Shown: in pieces, positions 30,503-39,693 of the stretch | Layout: each line of letters opens with the position of its first letter | Position numbering within the stretch: the stretch's first letter is position 1 | Source of the DNA: an uncultured Candidatus Saccharibacteria bacterium | Lineage (GTDB): Bacteria; Patescibacteriota; Minisyncoccia; UBA6257; Colwellbacteraceae | DNA length: 64,000 nt | Assembly: GCA_964360065.1 (NCBI GenBank) | Contig: CAYHTW010000001.1 | Span: forward strand, 86,289-150,288 | Reading direction: 5' to 3' | Notes under the pieces: model-generated | Seen by the model: only the letters and a program-made list of their open reading frames with translations | Database searches by the model: none | Told to the model about the DNA's origin: nothing | Made by a program: the position numbers and the translations under genes

Positions 30503-31066
30503 CTAAACCCTGTTTTTAACTTCGGCTAGCTGACCCAAACTTAAATAGCGGTAAGCGTATATAGCGAATTCCGCGCTCCCTACCAAGATGCCCACGTAGA
30601 AGAAATCCCCCAAAAGCGAGTTGCCGAAGAAAGGTAGAGCCATTATGTACGAGGTCATTAATCCCCCGAAGTTATGGGCATACATACCGGAGAAGGCCCA
30701 AACGGCAAAGTTAGTAGCGAGATAAAAGATAACTGAACCGGAAAAAGTTCCTACCGCAACCGTAAAAAAGTTTTTATTACGGCTAACCAGAACACCAATG
30801 AAGGCGTACATAAGGAAGCTGCCGTAAACCACAGCCATAACTTTAATGTCGTAGAAACCGATAAAATAGTCTGTGGCAAACATTGCTCCCAAAGGCAGCA
30901 GAAGTTGCCATTTCTTTTTGGCATATAATCCGGAGGTGATAGCGAGCGCCCCCATCGGGACAAAATTAGCAGGGTGTGGCAAAAGCCTGATGAGGCTCGC
31001 CATCACTGTAATCAATATTAAAACTAAATTAATATTCTTATTGTTCATTAGAGAATTTCCACTCAA
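30503..31066 (-). CDS. Integral membrane protein (possible ECF-transporter S-component-like)
   Basis: About 6 TM helices; adjacent to DUF4430 protein. Confidence 0.35.
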   Translation of the reverse strand: MSGNSLMNNKNINLVLILITVMASLIRLLPHPANFVPMGALAITSGLYAKKKWQLLLPLGAMFATDYFIGFYDIKVMAVVYGSFLMYAFIGVLVSRNKNFFTVAVGTFSGSVIFYLATNFAVWAFSGMYAHNFGGLMTSYIMALPFFGNSLLGDFFYVGILVGSAEFAIYAYRYLSLGQLAEVKNRV

Positions 31067-31481
31067 TCACGTCACCTGATTTAATTTCATAAGAAGAAGC
31101 TCCCTCATTTGAATACTTGCCGTTTACAAAAAACTGCCAATATTTTCCGCCGGTACCATTTTTTGAGCTGCCGATAGACTCCACCAAAACCCCCATACCA
31201 GGGTATTCTTTAAATTTCATTTCTATCCCCTCCCTAGCAGTGGCAATTTTTAAAGCATCAAAAAGATTAGTCCCTGCAACAAAGTTTTCCTGCAAAGATT
31301 TCTGGCCGGAACTTAAGTTAAGAAGAAGGGTGAATGTATTGGATGAAGGAGTAGTGGTACCAATAACGGATGGGTTATTGGTACTGACTGGAGCGATAGT
31401 CGGGTTTTGGTAGTAGTAGCCGGCAAACGCCAAAAGACCGACCACGAGAACCGAGAGAATTGATATTATTTTTTTATTCAT
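31038..31481 (-). CDS. DUF4430-like secreted/lipid-anchored protein
   Basis: N-terminal TM/signal, C-terminal GKYWQFFVNG beta-grasp-like motif. Confidence 0.5.
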   Translation of the reverse strand: MNKKIISILSVLVVGLLAFAGYYYQNPTIAPVSTNNPSVIGTTTPSSNTFTLLLNLSSGQKSLQENFVAGTNLFDALKIATAREGIEMKFKEYPGMGVLVESIGSSKNGTGGKYWQFFVNGKYSNEGASSYEIKSGDVIEWKFSNEQ

Positions 31482-31565
31482 TTGTTTTTATTTATCTTGA
31501 CCTTTTGTACACTGTAGCTCGCCCGGTTACTCATCAAAGTGAGTAACGAATCAAATAGACAAAAA

Positions 31566-31586
31566 TACCCGCCTCGAGGCGGGATA
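31566..31586. repeat. GC palindrome family variant TACCCGCCTCGAGGCGGGATA
   Basis: 16-bp perfect palindrome CCCGCCTCGAGGCGGG, same CCGCC..GGCGG architecture. Confidence 0.65.
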
Positions 31587-31623
31587 AAATACAACTTTAA
31601 AATAAAGTGGCCCTTGCTCGAGG

Positions 31624-31641
31624 TCCCGCCAGTTGGCGGAT
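31624..31641. repeat. GC palindrome family copy TCCCGCCAGTTGGCGGAT
   Basis: One mismatch from CCGCCAGCTGGCGG. Confidence 0.75.
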
Positions 31642-32003
31642 AAATTGATGCAGGGTTGGCCATCGGACTTACCATCTTACAAACCAGGAAACTTGTCCTG
31701 AGCTTGTCGAAGGAACACCGTAACGGCATTGTGTGGGATTCAAACCCATCGTTGGCAGCAAGGCAAAAAATGAAAATCTATTTTCATTTGAGCCACGCAA
31801 ACCAACGACATGAAGCTTTAGCTTCATACTTCCCCAACCGAGGTTCTATACAATCGGCTGCATTTATCTTTTTGAAGATCTGGAATCCGTCAACCGACGG
31901 AACAGAATACTGTCCTCAATTTAGTTTGAAAGGGCCTTGCCGGTCAAATGACCTGTGGATAGGCTACAATCAAAACAGAATCAAAAAGAGGGCACTTTTG
32001 GGG

Positions 32004-32369
32004 CTACCCTCTTTTGTTTACTATATCTCTCAATACTTCTGCGCCAATCATGGCTCCTACCAGATCTACTCCCAGATCATTTAATGCTTCGGCATGGCTG
32101 ACGTACAGATTCTCGTACCCGAGTATCATTTGGCCGATTTCCCAGCTTATTCCTATAAGCATTACAGGAAGAATGATATCTAAGTAAGATACTCGAAGTT
32201 TGTATGTCTTTAGGACAACATACGTTCCAAGCGCTAATCCCAAGCTCACAGTAAAGTGGGCCAGGATGTCGAAACCCGGAAGAATATGCCAAACGCCAAG
32301 GAGTTTACCGGCATAAGCAATGAAAGGCAGAAGGATACAAACTACAGCCAGCAAAGTTAATTTGCGCAT
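32004..32369 (-). CDS. Small integral membrane protein, unknown function
   Basis: 3-4 TM helices, 121 aa. Confidence 0.5.
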   Translation of the reverse strand: MRKLTLLAVVCILLPFIAYAGKLLGVWHILPGFDILAHFTVSLGLALGTYVVLKTYKLRVSYLDIILPVMLIGISWEIGQMILGYENLYVSHAEALNDLGVDLVGAMIGAEVLRDIVNKRG

Positions 32370-32445
32370 AGTATTTATATGGTTAATTATTAATGAGCAG
32401 GCCTACACTACCAACTTTTAAGACTTGTGTCAATGAAAGAAAATG

Positions 32446-32478
32446 AAAAAGAGGGCCCCATATGGCTAAGCCCTCTTT
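32446..32478 (-). terminator. Hairpin AGAGGGC-N13-GCCCTCT followed by T-run on minus strand
   Basis: Seen in sequence; about 290 bp downstream of ddl stop. Confidence 0.4.
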
Positions 32479-32762
32479 GCGCGGGTAAGTAATTTGTAAT
32501 GTACCAAGTGGTGAGTATTAGATGACGTCAGCGAGCTTTGAGTACTGGATACGCAATCCCTCAAAGGACCATTCTCCAGGAAGCTCAGGATACGCCGCAC
32601 AACTACCGAAGTAATTGAGCTATTCTCCTTATACCTTCAGTCACATGTAAGCGTCGAACTTACAATAACACCGCACCACTTGAGACACTATAAATCGTTA
32701 ATAAAAGAACAATTAACTATACTGGTATGATACCATATATTTGGCTATTTGTCAAGACCAGG

Positions 32763-33848
32763 CTAGTCAATGAAAGAAGTCTTAAGCTTCTTCTCTTTAG
32801 CGAACCTCTGGAGGGCCAGCTGTATTAATTTATCAATAAGCTCGGCATAACTTATGCCGCTAGCTTCCCAAAGCTTGGGATACATACTGATGGAGGTGAA
32901 GCCCGGGATGGTATTAATTTCGTTCGCATAAACTTCTCCGTTCTCTTTCAGGAATAAATCAACCCGTCCCATCCCCTCACAGCAAAGCGCCTTAAAAGTT
33001 TTAACGGCCAGTTCCTGGACGTGCTTAACGGTTTCAGGCGGGAGATCGGCGGGGATTTTTAGTTCCGCCCCGTTTTCATCCAAGTACTTAGCTTCATAAG
33101 AATAGAAATCATGAGACGTTATAATTTCACCAGGGATAGAGGCTGTCGGGTTATCGTTTCCCAAAACAGAACATTCTATTTCCCTGCCCTTAATAAATTC
33201 CTCCAGCAGTATCTTGGTGTCGTATTGAAAAGCCAAGGCAACCGCCTCATCAAACTCTTCTCTGCTTCTTACCTTACTGATGCCAACCGAAGAGCCGAGA
33301 TTGGCCGGCTTAATGAATAGGGGCAGCCCGAGCTCCCTAACGGCAGTATCAAAATCCGCTTTATCACCGTCCTTTAAGACTACGAACTTTGAGATCGGAA
33401 TCCCCGCATCACGCAGAAGGCGCTTCATAACATCTTTATCCATACCCACCGCCGAGCCCAGGACTCCCGCTCCCACGAAAGGAATATCGGCTAGCTTGAG
33501 GAGACCCTGAACGGTGCCGTCTTCGCCGAAAGGGCCGTGGAGGATCGGGAAAGCTACATCAATAGTTTGGCTAACCTCTTTATTATCCAATGGCGCAATT
33601 TCGCCGCCACTCTCCGGAGCCATAGAAACTACCTCACGCTTATCCTCGCTCTTTATAGACTCCCCGCTCTCCAGAGCTAACCTAGAAGAATCTCCCAGAA
33701 GCCATTGCCCTTTCTTACTAACACCTATTAGAACTGGCTCGTATTTATTTTTGTCCAGAGCCTGATAAACATTTTTAGCGGACCGCAAAGAGACTTCGTG
33801 TTCCGCCGATTTGCCTCCAAAAATTATGCCTACTCTGATTTTTTTCAT
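32763..33848 (-). CDS. ddl: D-alanine--D-alanine ligase
   Basis: ATP-grasp; VGIIFGGKSAEHEVSL N-terminus. Confidence 0.9.
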   Translation of the reverse strand: MKKIRVGIIFGGKSAEHEVSLRSAKNVYQALDKNKYEPVLIGVSKKGQWLLGDSSRLALESGESIKSEDKREVVSMAPESGGEIAPLDNKEVSQTIDVAFPILHGPFGEDGTVQGLLKLADIPFVGAGVLGSAVGMDKDVMKRLLRDAGIPISKFVVLKDGDKADFDTAVRELGLPLFIKPANLGSSVGISKVRSREEFDEAVALAFQYDTKILLEEFIKGREIECSVLGNDNPTASIPGEIITSHDFYSYEAKYLDENGAELKIPADLPPETVKHVQELAVKTFKALCCEGMGRVDLFLKENGEVYANEINTIPGFTSISMYPKLWEASGISYAELIDKLIQLALQRFAKEKKLKTSFID

Positions 33849-33915
33849 GTGGGCTCGCAGTCTTTATACGATACAGCCGGAACCGATTTTCGGCAAAACC
33901 AGAAGCGTTCCAGAC

Positions 33916-34713
33916 CTAAAGGGTCCTGATAATTTCGGAGGGATTAGCGCCTTCGACTCTCTCTACAATCTTCTCCATAATTTCCACGGCTCGCAGTGGG
34001 TATTTACCTATAGCAGTTTCTTCGGATAGCATAACTGCATCCGAGCTCATCAGGATGGCATAGGCCACATCAGTTACCTCTGCGCGGGTTGGATTTTCGT
34101 TATCAACCATAGAATAAAGCATCTGCGTGGCTGTGATAACCGGTTTTCCCGCCTGCTTGCACTTACTAATGATATCTTTCTCTATGAAAGGAATATCTTC
34201 CAGAGGCACCGCCAGCCCCAAGTCGCCGCGCGCTATCATAACCGCATCGGCAACGACGAGTATGGTATCAAAATTACTGACTGCTTCGGCTCGTTCAATC
34301 TTAGCTATAACAGGAATGCCGGCTCCGCGTTTAGCAATCTCGGATTTAAGCAGAGTTACGTCTTCAGCCGAACCAATATAAGACTGGGCTACGTAATCAA
34401 CTTTTTGACTGATACCGAAATCCAAATCGGCCAAGTCTTTAGCCGTTACAACCACCGACTGACCGGCATCAAACCCGTGCCCGCTTCCGGTAGACATTCT
34501 TGGGCCGGACAAATCCTGAATGATAGGGATTCTCTTGCCGAATAAAACGGCAGCTTCTCTAATATTTTTAATATAATCGGCGTGAGACTTGTAATCCCCG
34601 TGAGAAAAATTAAGTCTCGCCACATCCATACCAGCAGCAATAAGTTTAAGAAGCATATCCTTATCCCCGCTCGCGGGGCCTATAGTAGCGACTATTTGAG
34701 AACGTGACAACAT
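33916..34713 (-). CDS. pyk: Pyruvate kinase, minimal form (barrel only; lid B-domain and C-terminal domain absent)
   Basis: IVATIGPAS, ARLNFSHG, MIARGDLG motifs; only 265 aa. Confidence 0.7.
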   Translation of the reverse strand: MLSRSQIVATIGPASGDKDMLLKLIAAGMDVARLNFSHGDYKSHADYIKNIREAAVLFGKRIPIIQDLSGPRMSTGSGHGFDAGQSVVVTAKDLADLDFGISQKVDYVAQSYIGSAEDVTLLKSEIAKRGAGIPVIAKIERAEAVSNFDTILVVADAVMIARGDLGLAVPLEDIPFIEKDIISKCKQAGKPVITATQMLYSMVDNENPTRAEVTDVAYAILMSSDAVMLSEETAIGKYPLRAVEIMEKIVERVEGANPSEIIRTL

Positions 34714-34715
34714 TT

Positions 34716-35930
34716 TTATTTAGTTATATCCAGTAGGCGTTTGTACTTGATAACTCGTTCGGGTCGCCGAAGGGCTCCCGCTTTAAGACCGAAACAACCG
34801 AAAGCATAAACCAAGTCTGCAATGAAACTATCTTCTGTCTCGCCACTTCGGTGGCTTACTATGCAATCCAGGCCATTATCCCTAGCCTCCTTCATAGTAG
34901 CAAGAGTTTCCGTCAGTGTACCTATTTGATTAGGTTTTATAATTATAGCGTCTATGGCGTTTTGAGCCACAGCTTCGGCCAACTTTTTACTATTAGTAAC
35001 AGTTAGGTCGTCGCCGACAATTTTCGCTTCCAATACACTTTTTAAATCGGCGAAATCCTTGAAAGAGCCTTCAAAGAAAGGATCTTCAATAGATAAGAAG
35101 TTGAACTCCTTATCCAAAGCGATAAATATATCTCTTAATTCTTTAGCTGAATAAGTTTTGCCTCCCACCAGATATGAGCCATTTTTATAAAAAGATGAGG
35201 CCGCCACATCCGTAGCCAATCGGACCAGGCCATCACATTTAGAAGCAACAACCGCCTGCCTTAGTAAATCAAATGGCTTTTTATAGTCATTCTCGGGAAT
35301 TATATATCCCCCTTCGTCTCCCATACTGGAGCCCGCGCTATCACCATATTCGTTGGTTATAATGATTCCTAAAGCGGTTTCTACATTCCAGGCAATCTCC
35401 AGAGCCTCGCCGATTGAATCTGCTTGAGGCACGATGATATGTTCCTGAAAAGAGAGTGGAGAAGCGGCATGTTTACCGCCGTTAATGTAATTAAAGTAAA
35501 GGTACGGAGTCTGGCGCGACGGCTTGATGTCGGAAAGCGTACGGAGATATTCAAATAATTCTCTGCCCTCGGCAGAAGCGGAGGCCTTAGCGGCGGCGAT
35601 GCTAACGCCAACCATAGCGTTGCCTCCCAATCTCGACTTATCGCCGGTTCCGTCCAGCGCTATCATAGTTTCATCTATCTTCTTTTGTTCCGTCACCTCT
35701 ACACCCAGAAGAGAGGGTTTGATGATTTTTTCTATATTCTCTATGGCACGACTCATGTGACCATCACTATCTCTCAACTCGCTGGCTTCGGCCGAACCAG
35801 TAGAAGCACCCGAAGGAACCTGAAATGTTCCGGTAGCAACTCCGGCATAAACCACTACTTCGAGAGTCGGCCGGCCACGTGAATCAAGTATTTCCCTGGA
35901 TTTTATATTAGTGATTTTACTCATGCTCAT
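34716..35930 (-). CDS. eno: Enolase
   Basis: SREILDSRGRPTLEV and rest of canonical enolase. Confidence 0.95.
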   Translation of the reverse strand: MSMSKITNIKSREILDSRGRPTLEVVVYAGVATGTFQVPSGASTGSAEASELRDSDGHMSRAIENIEKIIKPSLLGVEVTEQKKIDETMIALDGTGDKSRLGGNAMVGVSIAAAKASASAEGRELFEYLRTLSDIKPSRQTPYLYFNYINGGKHAASPLSFQEHIIVPQADSIGEALEIAWNVETALGIIITNEYGDSAGSSMGDEGGYIIPENDYKKPFDLLRQAVVASKCDGLVRLATDVAASSFYKNGSYLVGGKTYSAKELRDIFIALDKEFNFLSIEDPFFEGSFKDFADLKSVLEAKIVGDDLTVTNSKKLAEAVAQNAIDAIIIKPNQIGTLTETLATMKEARDNGLDCIVSHRSGETEDSFIADLVYAFGCFGLKAGALRRPERVIKYKRLLDITK

Positions 35931-37182
35931 TTAATAAAATGTATAAATCCGAGACATTGGCGCCGGTAGGACCGGTAAAAATAAGGTCTCCAGTAGCCTC
36001 AAAAACTTCATACGCCCGGAAGTTTTCAAGATAACTCTCTAAATTAAGGTTTAACTCCCGAGATTTATCAATAGTTCTCTTGTCGGCTATGACACCGGCA
36101 GCGTCACTGTTATCTATACCATCAGAAGCTAAAGATAAAAGAACATGTCCCGGCTTAAGATATTTAAGCGCTTCCAGGGCCAGCATCTGACAACGACCGC
36201 CTGTGCCGCCATTTTTAGTGATTTTAAATCTTGTTTCTCCGCCGGCTAAAATAACCGTTCCGGGCTTAGCGAGAGTAATCAATCTTTCAATTAATTTCTT
36301 GGGCGGATCGTAGACGGCGTCACCCAATATTTTTACTTTGAAGCCAAAACTTTCTGCAACTTCGCTCATAGCCTTCAAAGCGGTAGCATTAGAAATCATT
36401 TTAACGTTGTGAACTTTATCAAAAATGCTCTTATTTTTTAGTGTCTCATTAAGCACATAACCTGTAAGGCCGTAACTGTCTAATATTTTTTGGGCGTCGG
36501 CAACAGTGCTAAAGTCGTAATAAGTCGGCCCAGAAGCAACTTCCTCAAAAGCTCCGCCAGGCACATCGCAGAAAATCAGGCCTATAACAGTAGCCGGATG
36601 CAAAATAGCCGCTAGCCCTCCGCCTTTAACTTGGGACATATGTTTTCTCACGATATTCATTTCCAAAATATTCATACCCACTCTTTCGGAATCTTTATAT
36701 AAATTCACTCCCTGTCGGCATTCTAAGAACGGCCAACATAAAAGAGCGGAACCTCCACCAGAGACTACAACAAGAACTAAGTCTTCCTCGGTACTCTCCT
36801 GCGCAAGTTTAACCAAACTATTACTCGCGGTTATATTTTTTTCCGATGGAAGAGGATGATCTCCCTGTTCCACTCTAACTATCTGACTGGCTTCTGGATG
36901 CGTATCAATGGCTATACCGCCGGAAATCCTGTCGCCTAAGATATCTTCTATAGCTTTAACGGCCTTAGAGGAAGCTTTTCCGAAACCGAGCAATTTAATA
37001 TTTTTATAAGAGGAGAGATTGTATTTTTTGCCATCCACAATCAATGAACCATTTTCATATTTAAGCCTGGAGCGCACAATGCTGTCGGTATTAATAGCTT
37101 CTAGAGCGGCCTCGGCAATGGAAAGTATTTTATAGCGAGAAGGAGTTGAATTTAGAGCGTTATAATTTTGAATCCACTTCAT
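35917..37182 (-). CDS. Glycerate 2-kinase (MOFRL family)
   Basis: DUF4147/MOFRL architecture, VVSGGGSALL motif. Confidence 0.8.
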   Translation of the reverse strand: MKWIQNYNALNSTPSRYKILSIAEAALEAINTDSIVRSRLKYENGSLIVDGKKYNLSSYKNIKLLGFGKASSKAVKAIEDILGDRISGGIAIDTHPEASQIVRVEQGDHPLPSEKNITASNSLVKLAQESTEEDLVLVVVSGGGSALLCWPFLECRQGVNLYKDSERVGMNILEMNIVRKHMSQVKGGGLAAILHPATVIGLIFCDVPGGAFEEVASGPTYYDFSTVADAQKILDSYGLTGYVLNETLKNKSIFDKVHNVKMISNATALKAMSEVAESFGFKVKILGDAVYDPPKKLIERLITLAKPGTVILAGGETRFKITKNGGTGGRCQMLALEALKYLKPGHVLLSLASDGIDNSDAAGVIADKRTIDKSRELNLNLESYLENFRAYEVFEATGDLIFTGPTGANVSDLYILLNEHE

Positions 37183-37184
37183 AA

Positions 37185-38180
37185 TTAGACAATGTTAGCA
37201 GGATTACCTTTCTGGAAGTCCAAAATATTCTTCGCGGTAATTGACAATATTTCCCCGTAGGCTTCCTTAGAAAAGAAAGCGATGTGCGGCGTTACTACCA
37301 CGTTGGGCATATCTATAAGAATATGGTCACGGATAACCGACTTTAAATCCTGGATAGATTCACCCCCCCTCACCAGAGCCATTTCATCTTTGAGCATTCT
37401 TTCTCCTTCCAATACATCCAGTCCCGCTCCGCCTATAGTACCATCTTTGAGAGCCTCCAAGAGCGCTGATGTATCTACCAGCTCGCCTCTCGCAGTATTA
37501 ATCAGAACAACGCCTCTTTTCATCTTGGATAATTCGTTCTTACCCAAGAAATAATGCGTTTCCTCCGAGTAAGGAAGATGCAGAGTCACGATGTCGGACT
37601 CGGAGAGTAGATTTTCCAGAGGGACGTAAGCTGAACTTTCCGATTCACAATTCTTACTGGGAAAGGCATCGAACATCAAGACTTTCATCCCAAACCCCTT
37701 GGCTATTCCAATAACGGAGCGACCTATGCTGCCCGTACCGATAACCCCCAGAGTCTTACCGAAAAGACTAAACCCCTCCAAAGCTTTTATCCTAAAATCC
37801 ACGTCTTCTTTTACCTGGTGAACGGCTTCAAATATTTTTCGTGAAACGGTGAGCATTAAAGCGAAGGTGAATTCCGCCACCGTATGGACTCCGTATTTGG
37901 GGACATTACTCACCACAATCCCCTTACTCCTAGCGTAATCTACATCAATATTATCCGTTCCGGTTGAACGCGCGGCGATAAGGTGAAGCTTGGGCAATAA
38001 ATCTATGTGTTCTTGGCGCATAGCCGACGATACAAAAACAGAAACAATATCCGCGTCTTTATGCTTATTAAGTTCCTCCTTAGAAAGAGGTTCGGTTACA
38101 AAAATGATTTCGTCTTCCGGAAGGGCCGGAATAAAGAAATCCTGGCATTCCTGATCGGCGTCAAAAAACAGAACCTTCAT
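37185..38180 (-). CDS. D-isomer-specific 2-hydroxyacid dehydrogenase (glycerate dehydrogenase/hydroxypyruvate reductase-like)
   Basis: NAD-binding GxGxxG (GVIGTGSIG), catalytic-domain motifs. Confidence 0.85.
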   Translation of the reverse strand: MKVLFFDADQECQDFFIPALPEDEIIFVTEPLSKEELNKHKDADIVSVFVSSAMRQEHIDLLPKLHLIAARSTGTDNIDVDYARSKGIVVSNVPKYGVHTVAEFTFALMLTVSRKIFEAVHQVKEDVDFRIKALEGFSLFGKTLGVIGTGSIGRSVIGIAKGFGMKVLMFDAFPSKNCESESSAYVPLENLLSESDIVTLHLPYSEETHYFLGKNELSKMKRGVVLINTARGELVDTSALLEALKDGTIGGAGLDVLEGERMLKDEMALVRGGESIQDLKSVIRDHILIDMPNVVVTPHIAFFSKEAYGEILSITAKNILDFQKGNPANIV

Positions 38181-38226
38181 AATTTCATATTATAGGACTA
38201 TTTACGCTTATTGTAACAGATTCTGT

Positions 38227-38251
38227 CTGGTGAACCTAGGGAGAAACGAAC
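38227..38251. repeat. Degenerate duplicate of tRNA-Ala(UGC) 3' end (CTGGTGAACCTAGGGAGAAACGAAC vs tRNA CTTGGTGGACCTAGGGAGAATCGAAC)
   Basis: 22/24 identity to the tRNA 3' acceptor/T-arm, about 130 bp downstream in direct orientation. Confidence 0.6.
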
Positions 38252-38382
38252 AACTCGTCCGCTCTAGGCGGACTACATTTTAAAACCCATCGGTTTTAAT
38301 ATTTCCGCTACGGGAAAATTCCAGTTTTCCCGACCCCTTTCCCAGTTTGATTCTCCCACGATATTTTGAGAAAAATGGTGCT

Positions 38383-38456
38383 TGGTGGACCTAGGGAGAA
38401 TCGAACTCCCCCCTCCTCGTTGCAAACGAGGCGTTCTACCACTGAACTATAGGCCC
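38383..38456 (-). tRNA. tRNA-Ala (anticodon UGC), 74 nt incl. CCA
   Basis: Manual fold; G3·U70 alanine identity pair, anticodon loop TTTGCAA. Confidence 0.9.
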
Positions 38457-38495
38457 GGAGCGAACATTTATAACTCCCACTAGAGATTATGGGAA

Positions 38496-38969
38496 TTAAA
38501 CCACAACATCAAGTTTTGAATTCCAGAGTATAGCTTCTATCGCTCTGCTCCCCGAAGATTTTGCTTTGCGGAATTTCCAATTGTGGATAGCAGGGTAGCC
38601 ATACTTTGAATCATTACTAATGGCTTTATTACTGCCCACATAGAAACCGATGTGGCGATGCAGCGCCTCTTTCCCCGAACTGGCCGGACTCCAGATTATA
38701 ACAGCGCCGGGTTTAGGCTTGGAAATCTCCCGCCAACCGGATATTTTCAATTCACGTTCTACCCTATCCACGGTCAAATGCGGTGCGTCTATAAGGTCAA
38801 AGAGATTCAGGACAACAGAGACAAACCAAGCACAAGACAGCTCGCCGTTTTCGGTAATATCCATTTTCTTGCTGCCGTTAAGAACATAAAAATTCCTGAA
38901 AGACTTTGAGCCAACGCTATTTTTGACGACAGCCAGATATGTGTCTTTTATAAGCGACTTAATAGCCAT
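38496..38969 (-). CDS. Hypothetical protein with possible papain-like (NlpC/P60 or transglutaminase-like) Cys/His pattern
   Basis: LSCAWFVSVV (Cys at helix start) and HRHIGFYVG (His) spacing; weak. Confidence 0.3.
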   Translation of the reverse strand: MAIKSLIKDTYLAVVKNSVGSKSFRNFYVLNGSKKMDITENGELSCAWFVSVVLNLFDLIDAPHLTVDRVERELKISGWREISKPKPGAVIIWSPASSGKEALHRHIGFYVGSNKAISNDSKYGYPAIHNWKFRKAKSSGSRAIEAILWNSKLDVVV

Positions 38970-39036
38970 ATTATTTATATAGATTTATTTACCCTCTTCT
39001 TTTATTTTTTTCTTTCATCGCTTATTATTTTAATCT

Positions 39037-39693
39037 TTATTTAGTACTTTTAAAACTTAGCTTGCTGGCGCCTTCCCTTAAAACTTTTAACTTCCCTTTC
39101 TTCAAAGAAACAAGAGTTGATGGTTTAGAGATAACCTTACCGCCATCAAGGTACAAAGCCCTTTTACCGAAATATTTTTTAGCCTCGGAGATTAATCTGG
39201 CCGGTTCATGCCCTTCCAAATTAGCACTGGGCGCAACCAGGGGGCCAGTTTGAACCAAGAGATTCCTTAGCCACCTCGGCCGTGGCAGACGGAAAGCAAT
39301 TGTATTTGTGCCGCGGTGCAGATAATCAATATCTACGGAGCAATTTAAAACAACACTCACCTTGCCCGGCCAAATATTGTTAAGGATTTTTTCTTCTTTA
39401 ATGGCGAGCTTAACTCCGAAGAGATTAAGATCGTCCAGAGAACTTATAAGAACTACCATCGGTTTGCCTGGACTTCTGCGGCGTAACTTATAAATACGCT
39501 CTACGGTTTTAAGTGAAAGTGCCTGGCCAACTATTCCGTAGATAGTATCGGTCTGCATTACAACAACTCTGCCATTTTTAAGGGCCCTCTTTAAGGCATT
39601 AACTGTTCTTTTTTTAACTAACGAGTTCACGCTCAATATTATAATTAAATCACAAGTTCCCTTTTCTAATCTTGTCGCGCACTCGTTCAACAT
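39037..39693 (-). CDS. tsaC: L-threonylcarbamoyladenylate synthase (TsaC/YrdC/Sua5 family)
   Basis: TDTIYGI, PSAN motifs. Confidence 0.8.
   Translation of the reverse strand: MLNECATRLEKGTCDLIIILSVNSLVKKRTVNALKRALKNGRVVVMQTDTIYGIVGQALSLKTVERIYKLRRRSPGKPMVVLISSLDDLNLFGVKLAIKEEKILNNIWPGKVSVVLNCSVDIDYLHRGTNTIAFRLPRPRWLRNLLVQTGPLVAPSANLEGHEPARLISEAKKYFGKRALYLDGGKVISKPSTLVSLKKGKLKVLREGASKLSFKSTK

Larger units (their letters stand above)
31482..32003. other. 520-bp non-coding block (candidate structured RNA / regulatory region); ORF-track ORFs here look spurious
   Basis: No convincing protein; multiple hairpins and two palindrome-family copies; in a genome with otherwise tiny intergenic spacers. 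Confidence 0.3.

Noticed and set aside
31482-32084. ORF-track ORFs 31478..31729 (-) and 31656..32084 (+)
   Set aside because: They are low-complexity, mutually overlapping, and the plus ORF runs into the well-supported membrane-protein gene on the opposite strand. The region is more likely non-coding.
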